Shown here in pieces: positions 34,491-44,261 of a DNA stretch of 59,435 nt. The notes under the pieces were generated by a model. The model was not told the origin of the DNA. It saw only the letters and a list, made by a program, of their open reading frames with translations, and did no database searches. This DNA is from an uncultured Candidatus Saccharibacteria bacterium (lineage in GTDB: Bacteria > Patescibacteriota > Minisyncoccia > Phycocordibacterales > UBA9973), in contig CAZWBZ010000001.1 of assembly GCA_964632605.1 (NCBI GenBank), forward strand, positions 7,497 to 66,931, given 5' to 3'. The stretch's first letter is position 1. The number at the start of each line of letters is the position of its first letter. Both the position numbers and the translations under genes were made by a program.

Positions 34491-34934
34491 ATGGCCAATT
34501 TATTGGAAAACAAAAAAGCCTTTTTTGACTACGAAATACTCGACAAATTTGAAGCTGGTGTCGAGCTTATTGGTAGTGAGGTAAAATCCATAAAGGGCGG
34601 CCGAGGCAACATTACAGGTAGCTACGTAAAGATTTTTGACGGCGAAGCCTATATTTTAGGCATGAAAATAGACGAATATCAAAAGAATAGTCTAGGCGAA
34701 GAGAATAAAGACCGTAGCCGAAAACTGCTTTTAAACAAAAGCGAATTAAAAAAACTGACCAAATATACAGACGAAAAAGGTTTGACAATAGTACCATTAT
34801 CGTTGTACATTAAAAACAGATGGATCAAGCTTTCTATTGGTGTTGGCCGCGGTAAAAAGAAAGCCGACAAGCGCGAAACCATTAAAAAGCGTGATACTGA
34901 CCGGGCTCTCCGTCGCGAATACAGCGCTCGTTAA
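34491..34934 (+). CDS. smpB: SsrA-binding protein SmpB
   Basis: Starts MANLLENKKAFFDYEILDKFEAGVELIGSEVKS and has a basic C-terminal tail. It is adjacent to the tmRNA gene. Confidence 0.95.
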   Translation: MANLLENKKAFFDYEILDKFEAGVELIGSEVKSIKGGRGNITGSYVKIFDGEAYILGMKIDEYQKNSLGEENKDRSRKLLLNKSELKKLTKYTDEKGLTIVPLSLYIKNRWIKLSIGVGRGKKKADKRETIKKRDTDRALRREYSAR

Positions 34935-34943
34935 TAAATACAT

Positions 34944-35333
34944 GGGGGTGCATTGGCATCGACATTGTGATACTGAATATATATTTGCGTGTTGTGGAGC
35001 ATGATCCACATAAAAAGTATGCAAATACAACTGCAAAAACTGCAGCAAAAAGTATCCGTTCGCCTTACGCGTTCGGTACAATGACTTTTGCCTAACATAA
35101 CTGGCTAGTCTCGGGGAACCATATTGCGTCACAGGATAAGGAATTCTCTGTTATACACTTTGACTTACCACTATATTTGCATGGATATAATGGGACAATG
35201 AATCCATGATTTGGAATAGTTTATTGAATGACAGTACTTGTATGAGCTATTCCGAAATGACCGTACTGTCTACACACGTAGACTAATATATGTTCACACA
35301 ATGCACGGGGGTTCGAATCCCCCCACCTCCACA
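34944..35333 (+). ncRNA. ssrA: tmRNA (SsrA)
   Basis: The 5' GGGGGTGCATTGGCATCGAC pairs with the 3' ...GGGGGTTCGAATCCCCC-CACCTCC-A, giving a tRNA-Ala-like acceptor with a G3-U70 pair. The PK1-like GGAGCATGATCCACATAAAAAGTAT precedes the tag ORF GCA AAT ... GCC TAA (35021-35095), which predicts ANTTAKTAAKSIRSPYAFGTMTFA. Confidence 0.9.
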
Positions 35334-35346
35334 AATTTAAAATATT

Positions 35347-35571
35347 ATGTTCGAAAAATACAAAGTATGGATAATGTCTATCGGTACTAAAAATGGACGC
35401 TACGCCGAAATAAATATATTTGGCGTGGGTAAAGTTAAAACTAAAAGCACAAAACGTGTTAACTCTAAAAAAGAGCTAGACGATTTTCTAAAAGAAAAAA
35501 GGTTAATTTTTACATCTGAAGAAATTGAATGCATCAAACAGTACGCAGAAGAAGCTGACCTACCTGAATAA
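35347..35571 (+). CDS. hypothetical small protein
   Basis: A 74 aa ORF between ssrA and a terminator. No motif recognised. Confidence 0.4.
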   Translation: MFEKYKVWIMSIGTKNGRYAEINIFGVGKVKTKSTKRVNSKKELDDFLKEKRLIFTSEEIECIKQYAEEADLPE

Positions 35572-35577
35572 TAAATT

Positions 35578-35607
35578 AACCACCTATTTCCCAAAAGGTG
35601 GTTTTTA
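35578..35607. terminator. bidirectional terminator
   Basis: AACCACC-tatttcccaaaa-GGTGGTT followed by TTT. Confidence 0.6.
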
Positions 35608-37116
35608 TTTTATTCCTATAATAGACTCTATAAAATCTCTTTTTTCAGACAGTCTTGGAATTTTGTTTTGACCACCTAATTTACTACACTGCTTCATCCA
35701 TTCATAAAAAGTATTTTTAGGCAGGGCGTGCACTATTGGCGTAGACAAAATAATATCCCCTTTTCTTTTTGCATCATAGTCGCTATTTAGTAGACGCAGT
35801 TCTTCATCAAATCTTTTTATAAACAAATTTAAATCTTCGGGATTATTTTCAAATTCTATTGCCCATTCGTGGCCACCACTGCTAGAATCTTTTTTATAAA
35901 TTGGCGCGCCGGTATATTCCAAAACACTATAGTTATATTTTTTTTGTAAGACAGACAAAGCTTCGTCGACATTAGTAACCATTAGTTCTTCACCATAAGC
36001 ATTTAGTACGGCTTTAGTACGGCCAACGACTTTGATTCTAAAGGGGTCTAAATTTGTAAATTCCACTACATCCCCTAATGAATAACGCCAGAGTCCAGAA
36101 ACTGTAGAAATTATGATTTCATAATTATGATTTAGTTCAACATCTTCCAATGTATAAATATTTCCATTTAGCATTGATTTAAATTCATAAAATACTCCAT
36201 GCCCACAAAGCAAAAGCATTCCGTTATCCATATTGTCCGTATCTTGAAAAGAGAAGAACCCTTCTGAAGCGTTGTAGACTTCTACATATTTAAAATTATT
36301 AGACGGGATTAGCTTATTAAGCTCGGCCATATATGGTTTTATGTTTACTCCACCATGAAAGAAGACTTCTAAATTAGGCCATAATTCCAATGCATCTTTT
36401 ACTCCATATTTTTTTACAGCTTGCTCTATTATTATATGTATCCAAGACGTAACCCCGGCAAAAGCTTTGATATCTGAATCCTGTGTAAATTCTAAAACCT
36501 TGGGCAATCTTTCTTCCCATGAATTTATATCTCTTATACTTTTAGGCAATGCTTTACTAAGCTGCGCCCACCAAGGAGAATTAGCATCAAGTATTGCAGA
36601 TACGTCTCCTGCATATGCGCCGGCTTGTTCATTGCGCTCTTGCAGGGACCCGCTAACAGTCAGTACGCTATCAAAACCAAGCTTACTATTAGGAGATCTT
36701 TCCAGGTAATTTGCCAGCATATCTCTTGCAGCAAGAAAATGATTTTGCTCCAGTGATTCCATAGACACTGGTATATATTTACTACGCGCATTTGTAGTAC
36801 CGCTGGATTTAGAAAACCATTTTGTCCGGCCCATCCACAATACGTTATCTTCCCCGTTCCAAGATCTTTCTATCCAAGGATAAATCTCTTCATAGCTTCT
36901 AATTGGAATAGATTTTAAAATATCTAATTCATCTTCAGCGTCAACTAAATTATTTTCCTTACCATATTTAATAGAACCTAAAACAAAGACTATTTCTTTT
37001 AAAAGTCTTTTTTGGTTTTTGATTTGAGAAGAGCTATCTTTAGGCAGTAAATCACCGCGGTACATTTTGTAATAAGCGCGGTACATCTCTGGAAAAAGAA
37101 TATGCGATAACCCCAT
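35605..37116 (-). CDS. GH3-family (auxin-responsive-promoter-like) adenylate-forming acyl-acid amido synthetase
   Basis: 503 aa. FSKSSGTTNARSKYIPVS is the GH3 P-loop-like SSGTT motif, and the overall length and pattern match bacterial GH3 proteins. Confidence 0.75.
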   Translation of the reverse strand: MGLSHILFPEMYRAYYKMYRGDLLPKDSSSQIKNQKRLLKEIVFVLGSIKYGKENNLVDAEDELDILKSIPIRSYEEIYPWIERSWNGEDNVLWMGRTKWFSKSSGTTNARSKYIPVSMESLEQNHFLAARDMLANYLERSPNSKLGFDSVLTVSGSLQERNEQAGAYAGDVSAILDANSPWWAQLSKALPKSIRDINSWEERLPKVLEFTQDSDIKAFAGVTSWIHIIIEQAVKKYGVKDALELWPNLEVFFHGGVNIKPYMAELNKLIPSNNFKYVEVYNASEGFFSFQDTDNMDNGMLLLCGHGVFYEFKSMLNGNIYTLEDVELNHNYEIIISTVSGLWRYSLGDVVEFTNLDPFRIKVVGRTKAVLNAYGEELMVTNVDEALSVLQKKYNYSVLEYTGAPIYKKDSSSGGHEWAIEFENNPEDLNLFIKRFDEELRLLNSDYDAKRKGDIILSTPIVHALPKNTFYEWMKQCSKLGGQNKIPRLSEKRDFIESIIGIK

Positions 37117-37125
37117 AAAAATAAA

Positions 37126-38166
37126 TTATTCTTCGCCAGGTTTATCTATAAGAAGAGTCTCTATGCCCATAGATTCTCCGGTTAGGCGCATTACATCTTT
37201 ATCAACTTTTTTAAATTCCTTGCTAGCCGATGTGTAATGATTAACAACCGTCGCCAAAGAATTACCCAGTTTTGAATGATATTCTTCGTAAGATTTTAAA
37301 TGCTTAGAAAGTTCTTGCACACGTTTTACTATGTCTTTAGCAGATTCTTCTATCTGCATAGCTTTTAACCCCTGCAAGACTGTTTGCAAATATGCCAAAA
37401 AAGATGTTGGTGAAACAATAATAACTTTGTATTTGCTTGCGGCGCGTTGTATTAAATTCTCATCATCTTCACTAATACTGCCAACTTTGTTTATTAGTAA
37501 ATCATAATAAATAGCTTCATGAGGAATAAACATAAAAGCAAATTCCATAGTCCCCTCGCCAGGTTTTATGTATTTAGAAGTCTCTACTATTCTATTTTTT
37601 AAGTCAGACACAAAAGCTTTTTCTAATCTATCTTTTTCACCTTTGTCTATGGCTTCGATCATTCTATTATAATTTTCCAAAGAAAATTTAGAATCAATTG
37701 GTATTATTTTATCTTTTACAAAAACAGCCGCGTCCACGATGTCCCCGTCTGGAAAAGCGTACTGCATTTGGTAAGACCCCGGAGGCATTATATTTTTCAG
37801 TAGTGTCTCTAAATAATATTCACCTAAAATTCCACGCTGTTTTGGGTTCTTTAAAATATCTTGCAGGCTTTGCAATTGGTCAGTAAAAGAAACAACTTGT
37901 TTGTTGGTTTCTTCTAGTTTTGTAATTTTTTCTGTAATATCACGAACAATGCGAGAAGTCTCTGTGGACTGATATCTCATAGATTCATGAATATTTTTAT
38001 TAGACTCGTTTAGCTTTGAATCTACCGTACGAGAAAGTTCGTTGATTTGGGTCAAAAGTAGCTGCAAGGACCCGTCATCTTTTGGGGCTTCATTTTTCCT
38101 AAACAAGAAAAAAGCTATTATAAATCCAACAATTAAGCCAATTACGATTATTATTCCGGTATCCAT
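37126..38166 (-). CDS. rmuC: DNA recombination protein RmuC
   Basis: Has an N-terminal TM segment and coiled-coil, followed by RGILGEYYLETLL...FPDGDIVDAAVFV...IPIDSKFSLENY (RmuC nuclease-like domain). Confidence 0.85.
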   Translation of the reverse strand: MDTGIIIVIGLIVGFIIAFFLFRKNEAPKDDGSLQLLLTQINELSRTVDSKLNESNKNIHESMRYQSTETSRIVRDITEKITKLEETNKQVVSFTDQLQSLQDILKNPKQRGILGEYYLETLLKNIMPPGSYQMQYAFPDGDIVDAAVFVKDKIIPIDSKFSLENYNRMIEAIDKGEKDRLEKAFVSDLKNRIVETSKYIKPGEGTMEFAFMFIPHEAIYYDLLINKVGSISEDDENLIQRAASKYKVIIVSPTSFLAYLQTVLQGLKAMQIEESAKDIVKRVQELSKHLKSYEEYHSKLGNSLATVVNHYTSASKEFKKVDKDVMRLTGESMGIETLLIDKPGEE

Positions 38167-38243
38167 ATACCGTTATTCTAGCATACTAGGGTAATAATTT
38201 GATATAATACTTTATAGGTTTTATTAAATAATTTATTCTTAGT

Positions 38244-38753
38244 ATGCACAACAAAAGTATGTCTTGCCTAACAGGCAATTGCGGATGCGCGAAAGATCTT
38301 GGTTTACTGTTTTTACGTATCGGAGTAGGAGTACCTTTTATCGTTCATGGTTTATCAAAACTAATGAACATTGCTGGAACTACTGGATTCTTCTCTTCTA
38401 TCGGTCTTTCTCCTATGTTTGTATACATAGTTGGCGGCGCTGAAGTTATTGCAGGTCTTATGATACTGCTTGGTCTATGGGCAGCCATTGGAGGATGGAT
38501 TGTATCACTAGTTATGGCGGTGGCTTATATTTTAGTTAAACACAAAATGCCTTTCTTTGGTGGATACGAAATAGATATGGTATTTTTCTTCTCTGGTCTT
38601 GCTATAGCAATGCTTGGCTCAGGAAAATATTCTGTTAAAAAAGATGCTTGCTGCAGTACTTGTACATCAGGCTCTGAATCAAAAAGCCAAATGACACCAA
38701 ACATGTGCTCACACATGAACTGCCAATGTGGCGACTGTTCTAAATGTCAGTAA
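38244..38753 (+). CDS. DoxX-family membrane protein with Cys-rich C-terminal tail
   Basis: LLFLRIGVGVPFIVHGLSKL is the DoxX signature. There are 4 TM segments. The tail is CCSTCTSG...CSHMNCQCGDCSKCQ. Confidence 0.75.
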   Translation: MHNKSMSCLTGNCGCAKDLGLLFLRIGVGVPFIVHGLSKLMNIAGTTGFFSSIGLSPMFVYIVGGAEVIAGLMILLGLWAAIGGWIVSLVMAVAYILVKHKMPFFGGYEIDMVFFFSGLAIAMLGSGKYSVKKDACCSTCTSGSESKSQMTPNMCSHMNCQCGDCSKCQ

Positions 38754-38773
38754 AATAGACAACAAAGAAAGCT

Positions 38774-38804
38774 CCCCTTACTGAAAAGTAAGGGGTTTTC
38801 TTTT
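38774..38804 (+). terminator. intrinsic terminator
   Basis: CCCCTTAC-tgaaaa-GTAAGGGG followed by TTTTCTTTT. Confidence 0.75.
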
Positions 38805-38829
38805 GGCCTAGAAAAAGTATACTAAGTCT

Positions 38830-40206
38830 ATGCAAGAACATATTATAGACAAATTAACAGTATCTGGTTTTCGAGGAATAGTAGGAGAAGATTTAACCGA
38901 CGAGGTCGTAGCTGACTTTGTAACAGCTTTTACTTCTGTAATTAAATCAGAATCTGGTAAAGATAGTTTAAATATTTTAGTTGGCCGAGATGGACGAGAA
39001 GGCGGCGAAGAGATAGAACAGACGATCGTACAAGCAATAGTAGAATCAGGAAACAATACTACTGTCGGCGGTCTACTTACAACGCCTAGTATGCTCTATC
39101 TTACAAAGACATTACCCTATGACGGCGCTATCATAATAACGGCATCTCACAACCCACAGGAATACAACGGAATGAAATTCTTAGATTCAAAAGGACAGTT
39201 TATTAAAAAGGATACTATTTTAAAAATAAAAGATCTTTTAAAAAATAATAGTGATTTGGGTGCCGGCTCCAATACCCGCGGAGAAGCAGTAATGGATACT
39301 ACATTAAAAGATGATTACATAAACCATATTGTCTCTTTGTTTACTAAGTTAAAGACAAAACCCCGGGTTATCGTAGATACTGTAAACGCATCTGGGTCTA
39401 TTATGGCTCCTGAATTTTTGCGAGCACTAGGTGCTGAAACAATAGCAATGAATGATGAACCGATTGGCGTATTTGCTCGCCCGCCAGAGCCAAACCCTGC
39501 TGCATTAGCGGAACTTGGACGTGCAACTCTTGGCTATGGAATGGATGTTGGGTTTGGGCTAGACCCAGACGGAGACAGACTAGTAATAGTAGATGAAAAC
39601 GGTATACCTGTTTTTGAAGAATACACATTAGCCCTAACAGCTAAAGCATTTTATGAAAAGTTAAAAGAAACAGACACATTGTCATCTGCTGGGCCGCTTG
39701 TAATAAACCTCTCAACATCAAAGACAGTGGAAGACGTTGCAAAAGAATACGGCATAAAAACAATACGCTCCCCTGTTGGTGAAGCCAACGTTGTAAAAAT
39801 GATGACAGAAAACAATAGTATGTTTGGCGGCGAAGGATCCGGCGGCGTAATATTTCGCCCAGTAAACTTTGGACGAGACAGTTTTGTGGGTATGGCTTTA
39901 ATCTTAAACCTAATGGAAGAATCTGGTAAAAAAATCTCAGAACTGGTAGCTGACTTACCTAAATACATAATGCTCAAGGAAAAAATAACAGGCGTAGAAA
40001 ACTTTAAATCATATATTTCAAAACTAATAGACCTGTTCCCCAGCGCAGAGATTGACCAAGCTGACGGAGTAAGATTTGATTTTGCTGACAGTTCTTGGAT
40101 ACAAGTACGCGCTAGTAATACTGAACCAATAGTTAGAATAATGGGCGAAGCTAAAGACGAAGACACAATTGTAAATCTTGCGAACAAAGTTAAATCTATT
40201 TTTTAG
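38830..40206 (+). CDS. alpha-D-phosphohexomutase (phosphoglucosamine mutase / phosphomannomutase type)
   Basis: Has the active-site TASHNPQEYNGMKF, the Mg loop GLDPDGDRLVIVD, the sugar loop GGEGSGG and the phosphate-binding RASNTEP. Confidence 0.85.
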   Translation: MQEHIIDKLTVSGFRGIVGEDLTDEVVADFVTAFTSVIKSESGKDSLNILVGRDGREGGEEIEQTIVQAIVESGNNTTVGGLLTTPSMLYLTKTLPYDGAIIITASHNPQEYNGMKFLDSKGQFIKKDTILKIKDLLKNNSDLGAGSNTRGEAVMDTTLKDDYINHIVSLFTKLKTKPRVIVDTVNASGSIMAPEFLRALGAETIAMNDEPIGVFARPPEPNPAALAELGRATLGYGMDVGFGLDPDGDRLVIVDENGIPVFEEYTLALTAKAFYEKLKETDTLSSAGPLVINLSTSKTVEDVAKEYGIKTIRSPVGEANVVKMMTENNSMFGGEGSGGVIFRPVNFGRDSFVGMALILNLMEESGKKISELVADLPKYIMLKEKITGVENFKSYISKLIDLFPSAEIDQADGVRFDFADSSWIQVRASNTEPIVRIMGEAKDEDTIVNLANKVKSIF

Positions 40207-40269
40207 AAAATAAACAAAAAAAAACCCCTGAGTAACTTTTATAGTTTCTCAGGAGTTTATTAATTTAAA

Positions 40270-40680
40270 TTAATTACTAGCAGATGCCATAGGTTTAATA
40301 CCTAACTTTTTTAACTCAAAATTATTTTTTGCAGTTAAATAAGCTGTTTGTTCTTCTAGGCTAATGGACTCGAGATGTTTGTTGATAATTTCTTCTCTCT
40401 TTGAATAAAGGAGCAGAAGATTATCGATCTCTTCATAACCTAACTTTTCAGCAGGATTACCCCATTTTTCTGAACGCTTCCATTCGGAATTATCAAACGG
40501 CATAGCTCTTTTGATTTCATGACTAGCAATGACAAGATAATTTTCAAGATCAGATGAAACATAGAACACAAGTCTGAAAAAATTGTTCTTTTCATCAAAT
40601 CCTTGGATTTTTACAAGATAGTTTCCTTTTTGGGTTTCTCTCTTAAGAGCGCAGTGCATTTTTTTAATTGTTATTAACAT
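40270..40680 (-). CDS. hypothetical protein
   Basis: A 136 aa ORF. No motif recognised. Confidence 0.4.
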   Translation of the reverse strand: MLITIKKMHCALKRETQKGNYLVKIQGFDEKNNFFRLVFYVSSDLENYLVIASHEIKRAMPFDNSEWKRSEKWGNPAEKLGYEEIDNLLLLYSKREEIINKHLESISLEEQTAYLTAKNNFELKKLGIKPMASASN

Positions 40681-40774
40681 AATATAGCGTAGATTTTTAT
40701 TAAAAATAATTATATCACTTTATTTAACAAAGTCAATAGCTATGTTTAAGCCTGCTTAAAAATAAGCCCCCTAT

Positions 40775-40803
40775 TTGACTTTTGTGGAATTTTCGGCTAT
40801 ATT
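40775..40803 (+). promoter_or_regulatory. sigma70-type promoter TTGACT-N17-TATATT upstream of infC
   Basis: Seen directly in the sequence. It leaves a ~40 nt leader before the TTG start of infC. Confidence 0.5.
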
Positions 40804-40842
40804 ATGTAGGTAATCTATTACTCGTTTCGAGTTAAAAAGCAA

Positions 40843-41349
40843 TTGAAGGAAAGAATAAACAACCAAATACGAGCACGCGAACTTCGCGTTATTGATCATA
40901 ACGGAGATAATATTGGCGTTATTGATACGGTGGAAGCTTTGAAATTAGCACAGTCTCATGGACTTGACCTAATTGAAGTATCCCCTGATGCTCGTCCCCC
41001 TGTTGCGAAGATAGCAGATTACGGCAAATATGCATACGAACTAGCCAAAAAAGCCAAAAAAATGAAGGCTGGGGCGCGTGCAACAGAAACAAAAAGCATT
41101 CAAGTTAAGATTGCTACTGGTGAACACGATCTAGAAATGAAGGCCAAAAAGGCATCTGAATGGCTAGGCGAAGGTCACCGTATCAAGGTAGAACTATTTC
41201 TATCAGGCAGATCAAAAGGTATGCCAGATGATTTCTTAAAAGAACGCATGGACAGATTCTTAAACTTTATAACTATAGAGTACAAAGTCTCTGAACCCTA
41301 TAAGAAAGGACCGAAAGGGCCAATTATAACAATAGAACGAGTTAAATAA
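40843..41349 (+). CDS. infC: translation initiation factor IF-3 (TTG start)
   Basis: Contains KERINNQIRARELRVIDHNGDNIGVI... A non-ATG start is typical of infC. It is followed by rpmI and rplT. Confidence 0.9.
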   Translation: MKERINNQIRARELRVIDHNGDNIGVIDTVEALKLAQSHGLDLIEVSPDARPPVAKIADYGKYAYELAKKAKKMKAGARATETKSIQVKIATGEHDLEMKAKKASEWLGEGHRIKVELFLSGRSKGMPDDFLKERMDRFLNFITIEYKVSEPYKKGPKGPIITIERVK

Positions 41350-41354
41350 TTATT

Positions 41355-41540
41355 ATGAAAACAAACAAATCTCTTTCAAAGCGTCTTAAAGTAACACGCA
41401 CAGGTAAAGTTATGGCACGTGTTGCTGGACAAAACCACTTTAACGCAAAAGCAAAACGCACAAAGCAGCTTGCTGCCAAGAAAGATGTGCAAATCAAGCT
41501 TTCACCAAAGCTAATGAGTCAAAACTTACCTTTTGCTTAA
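41355..41540 (+). CDS. rpmI: 50S ribosomal protein L35
   Basis: Starts MKTNKSLSKRLKVTRTGKVMARVAGQNHFN. Confidence 0.9.
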   Translation: MKTNKSLSKRLKVTRTGKVMARVAGQNHFNAKAKRTKQLAAKKDVQIKLSPKLMSQNLPFA

Positions 41541-41565
41541 TATTACTAAATTTCTATAAACTAAC

Positions 41566-41913
41566 ATGACACGAGTAAAACGAGGAACTATAAAGAATAA
41601 GAAACGTAAAAATGTTCTAAAGGCTGCAAAAGGCTTTAGAAACGGACGTTCTAAAAAAGAAGCTATGGCTAAAGACGCTTTGCGTCATGCTGGAGCTTAT
41701 GCTTTTGCGCACCGCAAAGACAAAAAGACAGACCGTCGTGGTATCTGGCAAACAACTATTTCTGCTGCTGCAATGAAATTTGGCTTTTCATACAGTAAAT
41801 TCATCGATGGAATGAAGAAAAAGAACATTGGTGTTGACCGTAAAATCTTAGCTGATTTAGCCGTAAAATCTCCTGAGACATTCAAAAGAATCGCAGACAA
41901 AGTAACTGCTTAA
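41566..41913 (+). CDS. rplT: 50S ribosomal protein L20
   Basis: Starts MTRVKRGTIKNKKRKNVLKAAKGFRNGRSK. Confidence 0.95.
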   Translation: MTRVKRGTIKNKKRKNVLKAAKGFRNGRSKKEAMAKDALRHAGAYAFAHRKDKKTDRRGIWQTTISAAAMKFGFSYSKFIDGMKKKNIGVDRKILADLAVKSPETFKRIADKVTA

Positions 41914-41926
41914 ACTCGAAACACAA

Positions 41927-41957
41927 AAAAACCGTAGCATTTAGCTACGGTTTTTTG
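41927..41957 (+). terminator. intrinsic terminator after rplT
   Basis: AAACCGTAGC-attta-GCTACGGTTT followed by TTTG. Confidence 0.8.
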
Positions 41958-41970
41958 TTATACTAATTTT

Positions 41971-42369
41971 ATGGATTATCATCACGTCACAAAAAAACTT
42001 CTTGGTATAGAAGAAACTGCTCGAAAATTCTTTGAACGTATCCCCTTTATGCATGCATTCTTAGCAGGTGTGGGTGTAATACTATTTTGGCGAGGAGTCT
42101 GGGAATTGGCAGATATTCAAAAACTAGATCCTATTGCATCTATAATCTTAGGTTCTTTCCTATTGGGTGGTATAGGACTATTTATCCAAACATTCGTAGG
42201 TAACTCAATAATCATAAAGACTGTTAAAAAAGAAGAGAGAACAGAAAAACAAACTGAAAAAAAAGCAGAACTTGCCTTGGAAGAAGTAGAAAGAGAAGAA
42301 ATTACTTTAATCCAGCTTAGCAAAAAGATAGACGAGCTCAATAACAAAATAGATAAACTAAATAAATAA
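41971..42369 (+). CDS. hypothetical 2-TM membrane protein with charged coiled-coil tail
   Basis: Has TM segments FMHAFLAGVGVILFW and ASIILGSFLLGGIGLFI, followed by a KE-rich helix. Confidence 0.5.
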   Translation: MDYHHVTKKLLGIEETARKFFERIPFMHAFLAGVGVILFWRGVWELADIQKLDPIASIILGSFLLGGIGLFIQTFVGNSIIIKTVKKEERTEKQTEKKAELALEEVEREEITLIQLSKKIDELNNKIDKLNK

Positions 42370-42391
42370 TCCCGCATTTGCGGGATTATTT
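42366..42391. terminator. bidirectional terminator
   Basis: ATAATCCCGC-attt-GCGGGATTAT. Confidence 0.7.
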
Positions 42392-42392
42392 A

Positions 42393-43781
42393 TTATTGAA
42401 AGTCTAATTCAATACTATCACTACGTTCTGGTATAACTACTTTTGTTCCATATTCATCATGGATTCTTTGAGCTAAGAATGTAGATGAACCGGGCTCGCC
42501 TAATACGATAAACAAAGTCTTACAGTCAGGTGCAGCCGTCTTGAACCATTCAACAATATTATCAGAATCTTTGTGCCCAGAGTACCCAGAGATTTTTGCA
42601 ATACGTGCACGCACCTGCATTTCTTCTCCTGCTATACGAACACTCTTGTGACCTTCTTCTATCATTCTACCCATTGTGCCCACAGCTTGGTAGCCAGTTA
42701 AAAGAATTGTGCTCTTTGGGTCGCCAATATAATTGTGCTCGTGGTGAACAATGCGCCCACCTTGAGACATTCCAGATCCAGCAATAATGACTTTTGGCAT
42801 AGGTTCATGAAGTATTTCGATAGAATCCTGCGTCTCCATAGTAATAGAGAGTCCCGGGAAAGAAAAAATATCATCCCCTGCTTCAACGATTGATTTAGAT
42901 CTTTCATTGAAATATTTAGTGTATTTTTTAAAGATCTTCGTAACTCTTATTCCCAAAGGAGAATCCAAATAAACTTTCATTTGAGGAATCTCTTTGTTTT
43001 GCATCATCGTGTCTATCTCAAAAAGAAGCTCCTGAGTACGCTCCAGTGAGAACGTAGGCATAACTAGGGCACCTTTACGCTTATAGTTATCGTTTAGTTC
43101 TTTTACAAGATTAGCCCGACGTTCATCTCTTTTTTCATGGTTACGGTCACCGTAGACAGATTCGGTTACAATATATTTTGCCCCAGAAATTTGTTCTGTA
43201 TTACGAAGAAGAACAGATGGAGAGTTACCAAGGTCTCCGGTATAAACAAGCTTTTTACCGTTATAATTTAGTTCTACCATTGCAGAACCCAAGATATGAC
43301 CAGAATCAAGAAGTCTAATAGTAAAACCGTAAGGTAGATTAATTGGAGTATGATATTCTATACCTTCCCAAAGACCCATAATTCCGCTAACAGCTTCGTC
43401 TGTATACATTGCTAAGATATTCTCATCCTTTTCGTGAGCTAAAATATTTACAGTATCTTCTAGCATTGGCAAAGAAATGTCTTTGGTAGCATCAGTAGAA
43501 ATGATACGTCCATGGAAACCGCCAGCATACAACTTGGGAATAAGACCAATATGGTCTACGTGGGCATGTGTAATAAACAAGATATCTATTTCTTTTGGGT
43601 CATAAGGAAATGGCAGCCAGTTTACTGGGTCTGCTAATTTTACACCTTGGGTAAGACCACAATCAAAAAGTATTTTATAGGGTTTTTCTCCATTACCAGG
43701 ATGCTCAATCAAAAAATTGGCGCCTGTTGCAGTGCCAAGACCAGAGACAAATGTTAATTTAAGGTTCGGGTGTTCAGTCAT
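42393..43781 (-). CDS. MBL-fold beta-CASP ribonuclease (CPSF/RNase J-like)
   Basis: Contains HAHVDHIG, DSGHILGS, YTGDLG, ESVYGDRNH, ERTQELL and SGHKD (beta-CASP motifs A-C). The ATG at 43781 is preferred over the GTG at 43796. Confidence 0.8.
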   Translation of the reverse strand: MTEHPNLKLTFVSGLGTATGANFLIEHPGNGEKPYKILFDCGLTQGVKLADPVNWLPFPYDPKEIDILFITHAHVDHIGLIPKLYAGGFHGRIISTDATKDISLPMLEDTVNILAHEKDENILAMYTDEAVSGIMGLWEGIEYHTPINLPYGFTIRLLDSGHILGSAMVELNYNGKKLVYTGDLGNSPSVLLRNTEQISGAKYIVTESVYGDRNHEKRDERRANLVKELNDNYKRKGALVMPTFSLERTQELLFEIDTMMQNKEIPQMKVYLDSPLGIRVTKIFKKYTKYFNERSKSIVEAGDDIFSFPGLSITMETQDSIEILHEPMPKVIIAGSGMSQGGRIVHHEHNYIGDPKSTILLTGYQAVGTMGRMIEEGHKSVRIAGEEMQVRARIAKISGYSGHKDSDNIVEWFKTAAPDCKTLFIVLGEPGSSTFLAQRIHDEYGTKVVIPERSDSIELDFQ

Positions 43782-43817
43782 GAATAAATTATACACTTAA
43801 AAACATTAGCTGGCGAG

Positions 43818-44240
43818 CTATTTGGGCTCTAGGTGACGTAAATGTCTAAAATATATAAACAAAGCTTGCAAAGAACCAGCTAAATCAAAAAAGATATCAC
43901 TAATAGAGTCCAGTATAATATGTTTATTCCCCACCATAACAGCTACTGCAAGTTCGTACCCTTCCCAAAGAGATCCAATGATAAAAACCCCACTTATTAC
44001 ATATACAGAGATCTTTGTAAAAGAAGCGTTCTGGAACCATGAATAACGAAGCAGGAATGCAATAACAAGTAGCGCCGTAAACAATCCCCCAAAAAAATGC
44101 ATTGGCATGTCATACCACCAGACGATACTATAGATAGATAACCATACACCAAGAGTATTTAAAGCAAAAGTACCAAATGTAGCAAGAGCTGCACGCTTAA
44201 AAATACGCTTACGGAGACTGGATAGTACAGATATTTCCAT
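43818..44240 (-). CDS. hypothetical 4-TM membrane protein (distantly VanZ-like?)
   Basis: 140 aa with the features MPMHFFGGLF, LWEGYE and SISDIFFDLAGS. The family is uncertain. Confidence 0.45.
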   Translation of the reverse strand: MEISVLSSLRKRIFKRAALATFGTFALNTLGVWLSIYSIVWWYDMPMHFFGGLFTALLVIAFLLRYSWFQNASFTKISVYVISGVFIIGSLWEGYELAVAVMVGNKHIILDSISDIFFDLAGSLQALFIYFRHLRHLEPK

Positions 44241-44261
44241 AAATACATTCTAACATTAATA

